Source of the DNA: Acidobacteriota bacterium
Lineage (GTDB): Bacteria; Acidobacteriota; Vicinamibacteria; Vicinamibacterales; UBA2999
Length of the DNA: 64,000 nucleotides
Reading direction: 5' to 3'
Assembly (NCBI GenBank): GCA_052389315.1
Contig: JBQTIE010000033.1
Coordinates: forward strand, 27,778 to 91,777
Shown in pieces: positions 1 to 7,511 of the stretch. The translations under genes and the position numbers were made by a program. How positions within the stretch are numbered: the first letter of the stretch is position 1; each line of letters begins with the position of its first letter. The notes under the pieces are model-generated. The model did not search any database. It worked only from the letters and a program-made list of their open reading frames with translations, and was not told where the DNA came from.

Positions 1-717
1 CTGCGACCGAGTGTCTGGGGCGCCGGCAAGCTGCTGGTCCTCATGGGAGCGTTGGTGGCGACCTTTGTCGTGTTCGCCGCTCTCGCCATGCGCGTGGCCG
101 TTCGGGCGCGGGAGGTCCAGGTGCCTGACCTGACCGCTCGGTCGGTGGCGGACGCCCAGGCCGCGGTGTCGGCCCTCGACTTGGCGCTGCGGGTCGAGGA
201 CGTGCGCCGGCCTGACGCACAGGTGCCGAATGAGCACGTGCTGGGCCAGGACCCCGCACCTGGGGCACGCGCACGGCGTCAGCGCACGATCCGGATCTGG
301 CTCAGTGCCGGCCCGCGCATCGTCGTCGCGCCACGACTGATCGGCGAATCGGAGCGAGCCGCCCAGATTCGGCTGACGCAGGAGGGTCTGACGGCGGCCT
401 CGGTCGCCGAGATCCGGGATGCCTCCTATGCGCCTGGGGTGGTGGTGGCGCAGGACCCGCCGCCCGATGCCCACACCTCGCACGTCCGTTTGCTCGTCAA
501 CCGAGGTGAAGACCAAGCAAGCTATGTCATGCCGGATTTCATCGGCACGGCGGGGGCCCGCGCCCTCGATCTGCTTCGTGAACGCGGGTTTCGGGTCACC
601 GTGGTCGCCCAACAATCGGCGCCAGGCATTCCTGCGGGCGTCGTGATTCGTCAGACGCCGGCGGGCGGTTATCAGGTACACCCCGGGGACTCGATCTCGC
701 TCGAGGTCAGTCGATGA
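1..717 (+). CDS. PASTA-domain C-terminal portion of a PknB-like Ser/Thr kinase (5' end lies outside the window)
   Basis: Frame is open from nt 1, before the ORF-track start at 43. One TM helix (LVATFVVFAALAM) is followed by three ~65-aa PASTA-like repeats (VPDLTARSVADAQ.., VVAPRLIGESERAAQ.., YVMPDFIGTAGARAL..). The stop overlaps the rpe start in ATGA. Confidence 0.75.
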   Translation: MRPSVWGAGKLLVLMGALVATFVVFAALAMRVAVRAREVQVPDLTARSVADAQAAVSALDLALRVEDVRRPDAQVPNEHVLGQDPAPGARARRQRTIRIWLSAGPRIVVAPRLIGESERAAQIRLTQEGLTAASVAEIRDASYAPGVVVAQDPPPDAHTSHVRLLVNRGEDQASYVMPDFIGTAGARALDLLRERGFRVTVVAQQSAPGIPAGVVIRQTPAGGYQVHPGDSISLEVSR

Positions 718-1400
718 CCGTCCGCGTGGCGCCCTCGATTCTGTCGGCAGATTTCGCGCACCTGGCGCGCGAGGTGGCTGCGGCCGAACGTGGAGGGGCC
801 GACCTGATTCACGTCGACGTGATGGACGGGCACTTCGTGCCCAACCTCACCATCGGCACCCCCGTGGTTAGCGCGCTCAGGCGAGTCGCGACCGTCCCAC
901 TCGATGTGCACCTCATGATCGAGGACCCCGACCGCTATCTCGACGCGTTCATCGATGCCGGCGCAGCCATGCTGTCGGTGCACGTTGAGGTCCTCCCGCA
1001 TCTGCATCGGACCATCGGCGCGATCAAGGCCCGCGGCGTCGCGGCGGGGGTCGTGCTGAATCCATCGACCCCGGTCGTCACCCTCGAGCAGGTCGCTGGC
1101 GATGTGGACTTCGTCCTGGTCATGTCCGTCAACCCGGGTTTCGGCGGCCAGAAGTTCATTCCGGCCAGTATCGGCAAGATCCAGGCGGTGCGGGCCCTGC
1201 TGGACGCCGCCGGCAACCCGGCGCCGATCGAAGTTGATGGGGGCATCGATCTGGACAACGTCGAAGCGGTTGTCAGGGCTGGTGCCCGCGTGCTCGTGGC
1301 CGGCTCGGCGGTTTTCGGCGATGGCCGTCCAGAGGAGGCCACCCGCGCCCTGAAGCAGGCGGCGCTCGCCGTCCGATTCACAGGATCGCAGGACTCATGA
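714..1400 (+). CDS. rpe: ribulose-phosphate 3-epimerase
   Basis: Full-length family pattern: VAPSILSADFAHLAREV, DLIHVDVMDGHFVPNLTIG, VNPGFGGQKF, IEVDGGI. ATGA overlaps on both sides. Confidence 0.95.
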   Translation: MTVRVAPSILSADFAHLAREVAAAERGGADLIHVDVMDGHFVPNLTIGTPVVSALRRVATVPLDVHLMIEDPDRYLDAFIDAGAAMLSVHVEVLPHLHRTIGAIKARGVAAGVVLNPSTPVVTLEQVAGDVDFVLVMSVNPGFGGQKFIPASIGKIQAVRALLDAAGNPAPIEVDGGIDLDNVEAVVRAGARVLVAGSAVFGDGRPEEATRALKQAALAVRFTGSQDS

Positions 1401-1840
1401 GCCCGTCGCATGCGAGTCGAACGCCAGCGGCTGGCGAGCCGACATCCCGCACCAGCGTCTCGTGGGTCCGCGTGCGCTACGCCGAAACCGACAAGATGGG
1501 GATCGTCTATTACGCCCACTACCTGGTGTGGTTCGAGGTGGGCCGGACCGACTGGCTCCGCGAGACGGGATTGACCTACCGGGCCATGGAAGAAGACGGC
1601 CTGGGCTTGCCGGTCATCGAAGCGCACTGCGACTACCGGGCTGCCGCGCGATACGACGATGAGCTGGAGGTTCGGACGCGGGCGCGGGTGGTCTCGCCGG
1701 TGAGACTTGCCTTCGAGTACGACATCATCCGGCGGTCGGATGGCGTGCGGCTGGCCACCGGTCACACCGTGCATGCGACGGTGGACCGCGCCGGGCGGCC
1801 GGTGCGCCTGCCGGCTCGGGTGAGGGACATGCTGGCATGA
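1397..1840 (+). CDS. acyl-CoA thioesterase, YbgC/FadM-type 4HBT hotdog fold
   Basis: VRVRYAETDKMGIVYYAHYLVWFEVGRTDWLRE and LPVIEAHCDYRAAARYDDELEV match the 4HBT thioesterase pattern. Confidence 0.85.
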   Translation: MSPSHASRTPAAGEPTSRTSVSWVRVRYAETDKMGIVYYAHYLVWFEVGRTDWLRETGLTYRAMEEDGLGLPVIEAHCDYRAAARYDDELEVRTRARVVSPVRLAFEYDIIRRSDGVRLATGHTVHATVDRAGRPVRLPARVRDMLA

Positions 1841-2778
1841 AGGCGCTGGTCACGGGGGGAGCCGGGTTCATCGGGTCGCATCTGAGCGAGCGGCTCGTGG
1901 ACCAGGGCGCCGAGGTCGTGGCCATCGACTGTTTCACCGACTACTATGCCCGCGAAATCAAGGAGCGCAATCTCGACCGGCTCAGGCGCCGCCCCGCGTA
2001 TCGATTCGTCGAAACGGACATCCTGTCGACCGATCTCGGCAAGCTTCTCGACGGCGTCTCGCACGTGTTCCACCTGGCCGCTCAGGCGGGTGTTCGCAGG
2101 AGCTGGGGCCGTGATTTCCGCACGTACACGACCTTGAACGTCGACGCGACACAGGTCCTGCTCGAAGCCTGCGTCGGCCGCTCGCTTGAACGCGTCGTCT
2201 ACGCATCGAGTTCTTCGGTCTACGGCGACGAGGTGACGCTGCCGATGAGAGAGGATGCCATGGTGCAGCCCCTCTCGCCTTATGGCGTCACCAAACTGGC
2301 CGCCGAACATCTGTGTCACCTGTATTACGTCAATCACGGGGTACCGACGGTCTCGCTGCGCTACTTCACGGTGTACGGCCCTCGGCAGCGGCCCGACATG
2401 GGCTTTCATCGCTTCATGCGGGCTGTCCTGGATGGTCGTCCGCTCCAGCAGTACGGCGATGGACTGCAGACCAGGGACTTCACCTTCGTGGGCGATGCCG
2501 TGACGGCCACGGCGGCCGCCGCCGTCCGAGGGACGCCAGGCGGCGTCTACAATATTGGTGGGGGTTCCCGCGTGTCGCTTCGGGAGGTGTTCGACATGAT
2601 CGCCCGCGTCTCTGGGACAGCGATCGCCATCGATCTCCAGCCGCCTCAAAAGGGTGACATGCGTGACACCTACGCGGACACGGCGCGGGCGCGTGCCGAT
2701 CTCGGCTTCGCGCCCGCGGTGACGCTCGAGCATGGGCTCCAGGCGATGTGGCAGTGGATGGAATCGACGCGGACATGA
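1837..2778 (+). CDS. NAD-dependent epimerase/dehydratase (extended SDR)
   Basis: Rossmann motif VTGGAGFIGSHL and catalytic YxxxK (SPYGVTKLAAE). Length 313 aa. Confidence 0.9.
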   Translation: MKALVTGGAGFIGSHLSERLVDQGAEVVAIDCFTDYYAREIKERNLDRLRRRPAYRFVETDILSTDLGKLLDGVSHVFHLAAQAGVRRSWGRDFRTYTTLNVDATQVLLEACVGRSLERVVYASSSSVYGDEVTLPMREDAMVQPLSPYGVTKLAAEHLCHLYYVNHGVPTVSLRYFTVYGPRQRPDMGFHRFMRAVLDGRPLQQYGDGLQTRDFTFVGDAVTATAAAAVRGTPGGVYNIGGGSRVSLREVFDMIARVSGTAIAIDLQPPQKGDMRDTYADTARARADLGFAPAVTLEHGLQAMWQWMESTRT

Positions 2779-3554
2779 CGACATTCGTACCTCGACTGAT
2801 CCTTCTCGGCACGGTGCTCATCGGCGTGGCCGGGTGCGGCGGCGCGAACCGCACGCAACTTCCCCCGGGAACGGCTGAGGCCGATCGGTTTCTCTTCCAG
2901 CGTGGCGAAGCGGAGTTCAAGGAACGGAACTGGATGGCGGCGCGCGAGTACTACCGGCAGGTCGTCGACAATTACCCGCAGAGCCCGTATCGGCCCGACG
3001 CCAAGCTGGCGGTCGGCGACACGTACATCGGAGAGGGATCGTCGGAAGCGCTTCTGCTCGCGGTGAACGAGTTCCGTGAGTTCCTGACGTTCTATCCCAC
3101 CCATGCCCGTGCCGATTACGCGCAGTACCGGCTCGCGTTCGCCTATACCGAGCAGATGCTGGCGCCCGATCGCGATCAGACGGCGACGCGCGACGCCATC
3201 AAGGAACTGCAGGTGTTCCTCGACCGGTACCCGAACAGCGCCTTGATGGGACAGGTGGCGCAGCTCAGGCGCGACGCCAAGGACCGCTTGAGCGAGTCGA
3301 GTTACCTCGTCGGCCGTCACTATTTCCGCACCCGATGGTACCCGGGGGCAATCGACCGCTTCCGCGAGGTCCTCACCAGCGATCCGGAGTACACCGGGCG
3401 AGATGCTGTCTACTTCCATCTGGCCGAGTCGTTCCGACTGACCGATAACAGGGCGGAAGCGTTGCCCTACTACGAACGGCTGGTCAAGGAGTTCGAGAAA
3501 AGCGAGTTCCTCGAGGAGGCGCGCAAGCGCGTCGCCGAGCTCAAGGCACAGTAG
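2775..3554 (+). CDS. bamD: outer membrane protein assembly factor BamD (YfiO-like TPR lipoprotein)
   Basis: Lipoprotein signal with lipobox LIGVAGC, then TPR-like YYRQVVDNYPQSPYRPDAKLAVGDTY. Start placed at ATG 2775 (ATGA overlap with the upstream stop); the track start 2748 is also possible. Confidence 0.8.
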   Translation: MTTFVPRLILLGTVLIGVAGCGGANRTQLPPGTAEADRFLFQRGEAEFKERNWMAAREYYRQVVDNYPQSPYRPDAKLAVGDTYIGEGSSEALLLAVNEFREFLTFYPTHARADYAQYRLAFAYTEQMLAPDRDQTATRDAIKELQVFLDRYPNSALMGQVAQLRRDAKDRLSESSYLVGRHYFRTRWYPGAIDRFREVLTSDPEYTGRDAVYFHLAESFRLTDNRAEALPYYERLVKEFEKSEFLEEARKRVAELKAQ

Positions 3555-3577
3555 GGGTCGCGCACCCAGGTGAATTC

Positions 3578-4357
3578 ATGCGCAGCCTTGTCCTCTCGTG
3601 TGCGGCCTGCCTGATGGCGGTCCCGTCCGTTCTCGCCCAGTCGTCGCCTGGCGGTGCCGCTGGCTTCAGCGACCTGTTCGGTCCACGTAGCGTCGTTCCG
3701 CCGCTCATCGCCTGCACGGATATGCCGACGGTCGCAGAGCCTGTCGTCGCGCTCCGCGTGATCGCCCCGCACACGGGGACTTATCATGCGATGTCGCGCC
3801 GCGGGGACCTGGTCGTGATCAACGCCGGTACGCCGCAGGGCCTGATGATTGGTCAGCAATACTTTGCCCGACGCGTGCAGAGGCCGCTGCATTTTCAGCC
3901 GATTTCCAAGGCGACCCCGGGAGCCATCCGCACATCCGGCTGGCTGACCGTCGTCTCGGCTGATGAGCGTTTCGCCCTCGCGCGCATCGACTATGCCTGC
4001 ACGTCCGTTGAAAACGGCGACTACCTGGAGCCGTACGTCGAGCCGACACTCCCGGCTGCGGCGCCCGCCAGCGCGCAGACGGACTTCACGAACCTCGGGC
4101 GCGTGCTCCAGGGATCGGACCGGCGCGAGATTTTCGGCGCGGGGGACGTCCTGAACATCGACCGAGGCGCCGCGGCCGGGGTCACCGCCGGTGCCCGCGT
4201 GGCCTTCTACCGCGACCGTCGCAATGGCACGCCGCTGGTTGAGCTGGGGCAGGGGGTCGTCATCGAGGTGACGAACAGTTCGTCCAAAGTCGTCGTCGAT
4301 CGCTCGGCGCACGACGTCCACGTGGGCGACTACTTCGGCATGCGCCAGACGCCTTGA
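3578..4357 (+). CDS. hypothetical secreted protein with two tandem copies of a ~95-aa module
   Basis: Signal peptide MRSLVLSCAACLMAVPSVLAQ. Internal duplication (GDLVVINAGTPQGLMIGQQYFARR ... ENGDYLE versus GDVLNIDRGAAAGVTAGARVAFYR ... HVGDYFG). No family recognised. Confidence 0.6.
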   Translation: MRSLVLSCAACLMAVPSVLAQSSPGGAAGFSDLFGPRSVVPPLIACTDMPTVAEPVVALRVIAPHTGTYHAMSRRGDLVVINAGTPQGLMIGQQYFARRVQRPLHFQPISKATPGAIRTSGWLTVVSADERFALARIDYACTSVENGDYLEPYVEPTLPAAAPASAQTDFTNLGRVLQGSDRREIFGAGDVLNIDRGAAAGVTAGARVAFYRDRRNGTPLVELGQGVVIEVTNSSSKVVVDRSAHDVHVGDYFGMRQTP

Positions 4358-4365
4358 GCCGGTTG

Positions 4366-4983
4366 TCAGCCGGCCCGCTTGCGCTCCGCCAGCCGCGCGC
4401 GGGCCTGGCCGAAATCCGCGACGCTCGGCGGACTCGTCATCGAGAGGGTAAAGCGTCGGTAGTAATCCGCCGCCGAGACCAGCGCCGCCGCCAGCACCAG
4501 CCAGAGGGCCGCCTGCCCCACCACCAGCAGCACGGGGAACCGCTCCCACCCGAGGATGATCAAGAGGATGGCCACGACCTGCGAGGCCATCTTCAGCTTG
4601 CCCAGCGGTGAGGCCGGCATCGCCTGACCGCGCGAATAAGCAACGCTGCGCAGGGCTGTGATCGCGAACTCGCGGCCGATGATTACCGCCACCATCCAGG
4701 CCGGCGCGAGGTTGAGCTGGACCAGGGAGATGAGCGTCGCGGAGATCAGGAGCTTGTCGGCGATGGGATCGAGCACCTGCCCCACCCATGTCACCTGCCC
4801 CCGTCGCCGCGCGAGGTAGCCATCCAGCCAGTCGGTGAGCGAGGCGAGCCCGAAGATCGCGGCGCCGACCAGCTCGACAGGCAGGCCCAAGACCAGTCGC
4901 CCCTCGAACTTCGTGAGCAGCACCGACACCAGGACGGGCACCAGGAAGATTCGCGCGACCGTGAGAGAGTTCGGCAGGTTCAT
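4366..4983 (-). CDS. pgsA: CDP-diacylglycerol--glycerol-3-phosphate 3-phosphatidyltransferase
   Basis: N-terminus NLPNSLTVARIFLVP and CDP-alcohol phosphatidyltransferase motif DWLDGYLARRRGQVTWVGQVLDPIADK. Confidence 0.9.
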   Translation of the reverse strand: MNLPNSLTVARIFLVPVLVSVLLTKFEGRLVLGLPVELVGAAIFGLASLTDWLDGYLARRRGQVTWVGQVLDPIADKLLISATLISLVQLNLAPAWMVAVIIGREFAITALRSVAYSRGQAMPASPLGKLKMASQVVAILLIILGWERFPVLLVVGQAALWLVLAAALVSAADYYRRFTLSMTSPPSVADFGQARARLAERKRAG

Positions 4984-4998
4984 CTGCTCGATCGCGTC

Positions 4999-5004
4999 AT
5001 TCTA
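4999..5004 (-). promoter_or_regulatory. candidate -10 hexamer TAGAAT, 15 nt upstream of pgsA ATG
   Basis: Plus-strand attcta at 4999-5004, in the 75-bp divergent intergenic region. Confidence 0.3.
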
Positions 5005-5040
5005 CACGAAGCTCTTGGCCGGCCCCGTCCGGGAACGCGG

Positions 5041-5046
5041 TAAGAT
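5041..5046 (+). promoter_or_regulatory. candidate -10 hexamer TAAGAT, 12 nt upstream of ATG 5059
   Basis: taagat followed by cggtcggttgcc and then ATG. No Shine-Dalgarno in between. Confidence 0.3.
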
Positions 5047-5058
5047 CGGTCGGTTGCC

Positions 5059-6117
5059 ATGAAAGCAGTTCTCCTCGCAGGGGGTAAGGGCACGCGACTC
5101 AGGCCGCTTACCATCCACACGCCAAAGCCGATCGTTCCCATCTTCGACCGGGCCTTCCTCCATTATCAGATCGAGCTCTTGCGGCAAGTGCCCGAGATCG
5201 ACGAAGTCATTCTCAGCTTGAACTATCAGCCACGACGCATCGAGGAGATCTTCGGCGATGGAACCGGCACCGGGGTGCGGATTCGGTACGTCGTCGAACC
5301 GGCGCCGCTCGGGACCGGAGGCGCCATCCGGTTCGCCGCCCAGGGCGTGGCTGACACGATCGTGGTCTTCAACGGCGACGTGATGACGTCCGTCGACGTC
5401 AAGCGCGTCGTCGAGCGGCATCGCGAGCGCAAGGCGAAGGCGACCATCGTCCTGACGCCCGTGGACAATCCCAGCGCGTATGGTCTGGTCGAGACCACGC
5501 CAGACGGCAAAGTGCGTCGGTTTCTCGAGAAGCCGAAGCCCGACGAAATCACGTGCGACACGATCAATGCCGGCATCTACGTGCTCGAACCGGACACGTT
5601 CGACCGCATTCCCAAGGACGTCGCTTACTCGATCGAACGGGTGTATTTTCCGTCGCTCATCGAGCGTCAGGAGGCCTTCTACGCCTACGTGGAGCGCGGC
5701 TACTGGATTGACATCGGGACGCCGGAGAAATACCTCCAGGTCCACCAGGACATGTTCGACGGACGGTTCACCGCGGGCATCTTCCAGGACGCGGATCGGC
5801 TGCAGCCCATCGTGTCCCCGGAGGCCCGGGTGGACGAGGGCGCTCGGCTTGTCGCTCCCTGCTTCCTCGATGCCGGCGCGCACGTCAAGGCAGGGGCCGT
5901 CATCGGGCGCCACGCCGTCATCGGACGAAACGTGGTGGTCGAAGAGGAGGCGGAAGTGACCGGCAGCCTGGTGTGGCCGAACTCGAGGATCGGCCAGCAC
6001 GCGGTGGTCGATGGAGCCATTCTGGCGCGCAACTGTCATATCGGACGAAACGTCACGCTGCGGGGACAGGCCGTGCTCGGCGACAAGACGGTCTTGACCG
6101 AGTACACCCGCGTTTAA
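5059..6117 (+). CDS. sugar-phosphate nucleotidyltransferase (mannose-1-phosphate guanylyltransferase-like) with C-terminal left-handed beta-helix
   Basis: MKAVLLAGGKGTRLRPLTIHTPKP N-terminal NTP-transferase signature. Hexapeptide-repeat tail (VIGRHAVIGRNVVV..). Confidence 0.85.
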   Translation: MKAVLLAGGKGTRLRPLTIHTPKPIVPIFDRAFLHYQIELLRQVPEIDEVILSLNYQPRRIEEIFGDGTGTGVRIRYVVEPAPLGTGGAIRFAAQGVADTIVVFNGDVMTSVDVKRVVERHRERKAKATIVLTPVDNPSAYGLVETTPDGKVRRFLEKPKPDEITCDTINAGIYVLEPDTFDRIPKDVAYSIERVYFPSLIERQEAFYAYVERGYWIDIGTPEKYLQVHQDMFDGRFTAGIFQDADRLQPIVSPEARVDEGARLVAPCFLDAGAHVKAGAVIGRHAVIGRNVVVEEEAEVTGSLVWPNSRIGQHAVVDGAILARNCHIGRNVTLRGQAVLGDKTVLTEYTRV

Positions 6118-6125
6118 CCGTCACC

Positions 6126-7496
6126 ATGTCCGCAATCAATCCAGAGGTCTTCAAGGCATACGACGTTCGCGGTCTCTATCCGGAGGAGATTACAGAGGAC
6201 CTCTTCCACCAGCTCGGCCGCGCGTTTGTCGCGCATCTTGGCCCGGGGCGCTATGCCGTCACGCGGGACATGCGCCTGTCGTCGGCGTCCCTCTCCGACG
6301 CCTTCATCGACGGAGCGGTGTCGCAAGGCGGCCACATCATCGATTACGGGCTCACCGGGACGGACCAGATGTATTTCGCCGTCGCGGCTGACGGCCTCGA
6401 TGGGGGCGCGCAGATTACGGCCTCCCACAACCCCAAGCAATACAACGGGTGCAAGCTGGTTCGCCGGGAGGCGTTCCCGCTGAGTGGGGAGTCGGGCATC
6501 AAGGAAATGAAAGACATGATCCTCGGCGACACCATCCCCCGGTACCAAGGGCCGAAGGGCACGGTCGAGCACGGGGACGTGCTGAAGCGCTATGTCCACC
6601 ATGTGATGTCATTCATCGACACGGGACTCATCAAGCCCTTCGATGTGGTGCTCGATGGAGGCAGCGGCGTGGCTGGGCTGATTGCGCCCAGGCTGTTCGA
6701 CCGGCTTCCCTGCCGGACAACACGCCTGTGCTTCGAGGTCGACGGGACGTTTCCCAACCACGAGGCAAATCCGCTCATCGAAGAGAACCGGCGGGACATC
6801 ACCGAGCGCGTGATCGCCGAGCGGGCCGACGTCGGGATCGCGTGGGATGGCGACGCCGACCGCTGCTTCTTCCTCGACGGGGCGGGCGAGTTCATCGCCG
6901 GCGACTTCATCACGGCTCTGCTCGCTGAGGCTTTTCTGCTGAAGCATCCGGGACAGACCATCATCTATGACGTTCGAGCGAGCTACGCCGTCAAGGACGC
7001 CGTCGCGGCCCATGGCGGCCAGGCGTTGATGAACCGGGTCGGTCACGCCTTCATCAAGCGGCGCATGCGTGAAGAAGACGCCATCTTCGGCGGCGAGGTG
7101 ACCGGCCACTACTACTTCCGCGACAACTTCTATGCGGACAATGGCTTCATCCCGGCCCTGCTGATCCTCGAACTGATGTCGAAGAAGGGCCAGTCGCTCC
7201 GCGAGCTGCTCCAGCCGCTCAGGGAGAAGTACTTCATTTCCGGCGAGATCAACACGAAGGTCGCGACCATGGCGGTGGCCGCCGAGAAGATCGAACGGCT
7301 GGCCCGGGAATACGCGCACGGCCACGTGTACCGACTCGACGGCGTCTCGGTGGAGTTCGATGATTGGCACTTCAACGTACGGCCATCGAACACCGAGCCG
7401 CTGCTCCGCCTCAACCTCGAGGGGTTGACGCCAGCGACCATGGAGCGGCGCCGGGACGAGGTGCTGGGAATCATTCGCGACAGCGGTCGGTCGTGA
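6126..7496 (+). CDS. phosphomannomutase/phosphoglucomutase
   Basis: Start set at ATG 6126 (MSAINPEVFKAYDVRGLYPEE), just after the upstream stop. Phosphoserine loop ITASHNPKQYNG and metal loop GIAWDGDADR. Confidence 0.9.
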   Translation: MSAINPEVFKAYDVRGLYPEEITEDLFHQLGRAFVAHLGPGRYAVTRDMRLSSASLSDAFIDGAVSQGGHIIDYGLTGTDQMYFAVAADGLDGGAQITASHNPKQYNGCKLVRREAFPLSGESGIKEMKDMILGDTIPRYQGPKGTVEHGDVLKRYVHHVMSFIDTGLIKPFDVVLDGGSGVAGLIAPRLFDRLPCRTTRLCFEVDGTFPNHEANPLIEENRRDITERVIAERADVGIAWDGDADRCFFLDGAGEFIAGDFITALLAEAFLLKHPGQTIIYDVRASYAVKDAVAAHGGQALMNRVGHAFIKRRMREEDAIFGGEVTGHYYFRDNFYADNGFIPALLILELMSKKGQSLRELLQPLREKYFISGEINTKVATMAVAAEKIERLAREYAHGHVYRLDGVSVEFDDWHFNVRPSNTEPLLRLNLEGLTPATMERRRDEVLGIIRDSGRS

Positions 7497-7511
7497 GGCG
7501 TCAGGCGCGAA

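Noticed and set aside
5973-6125. 51-codon upstream extension of the phosphomannomutase ORF
   Set aside because: It overlaps the 3' end of the nucleotidyltransferase gene. The conserved PMM N-terminus (MSAINPEVFKAYDVRG) begins at ATG 6126. Similar over-extensions were trimmed for the ABC-F gene (to 12976), uvrB, glyS, mlaF, PhoD, the P1 peptidase, the SDR, the amidohydrolase and the PLP enzyme.
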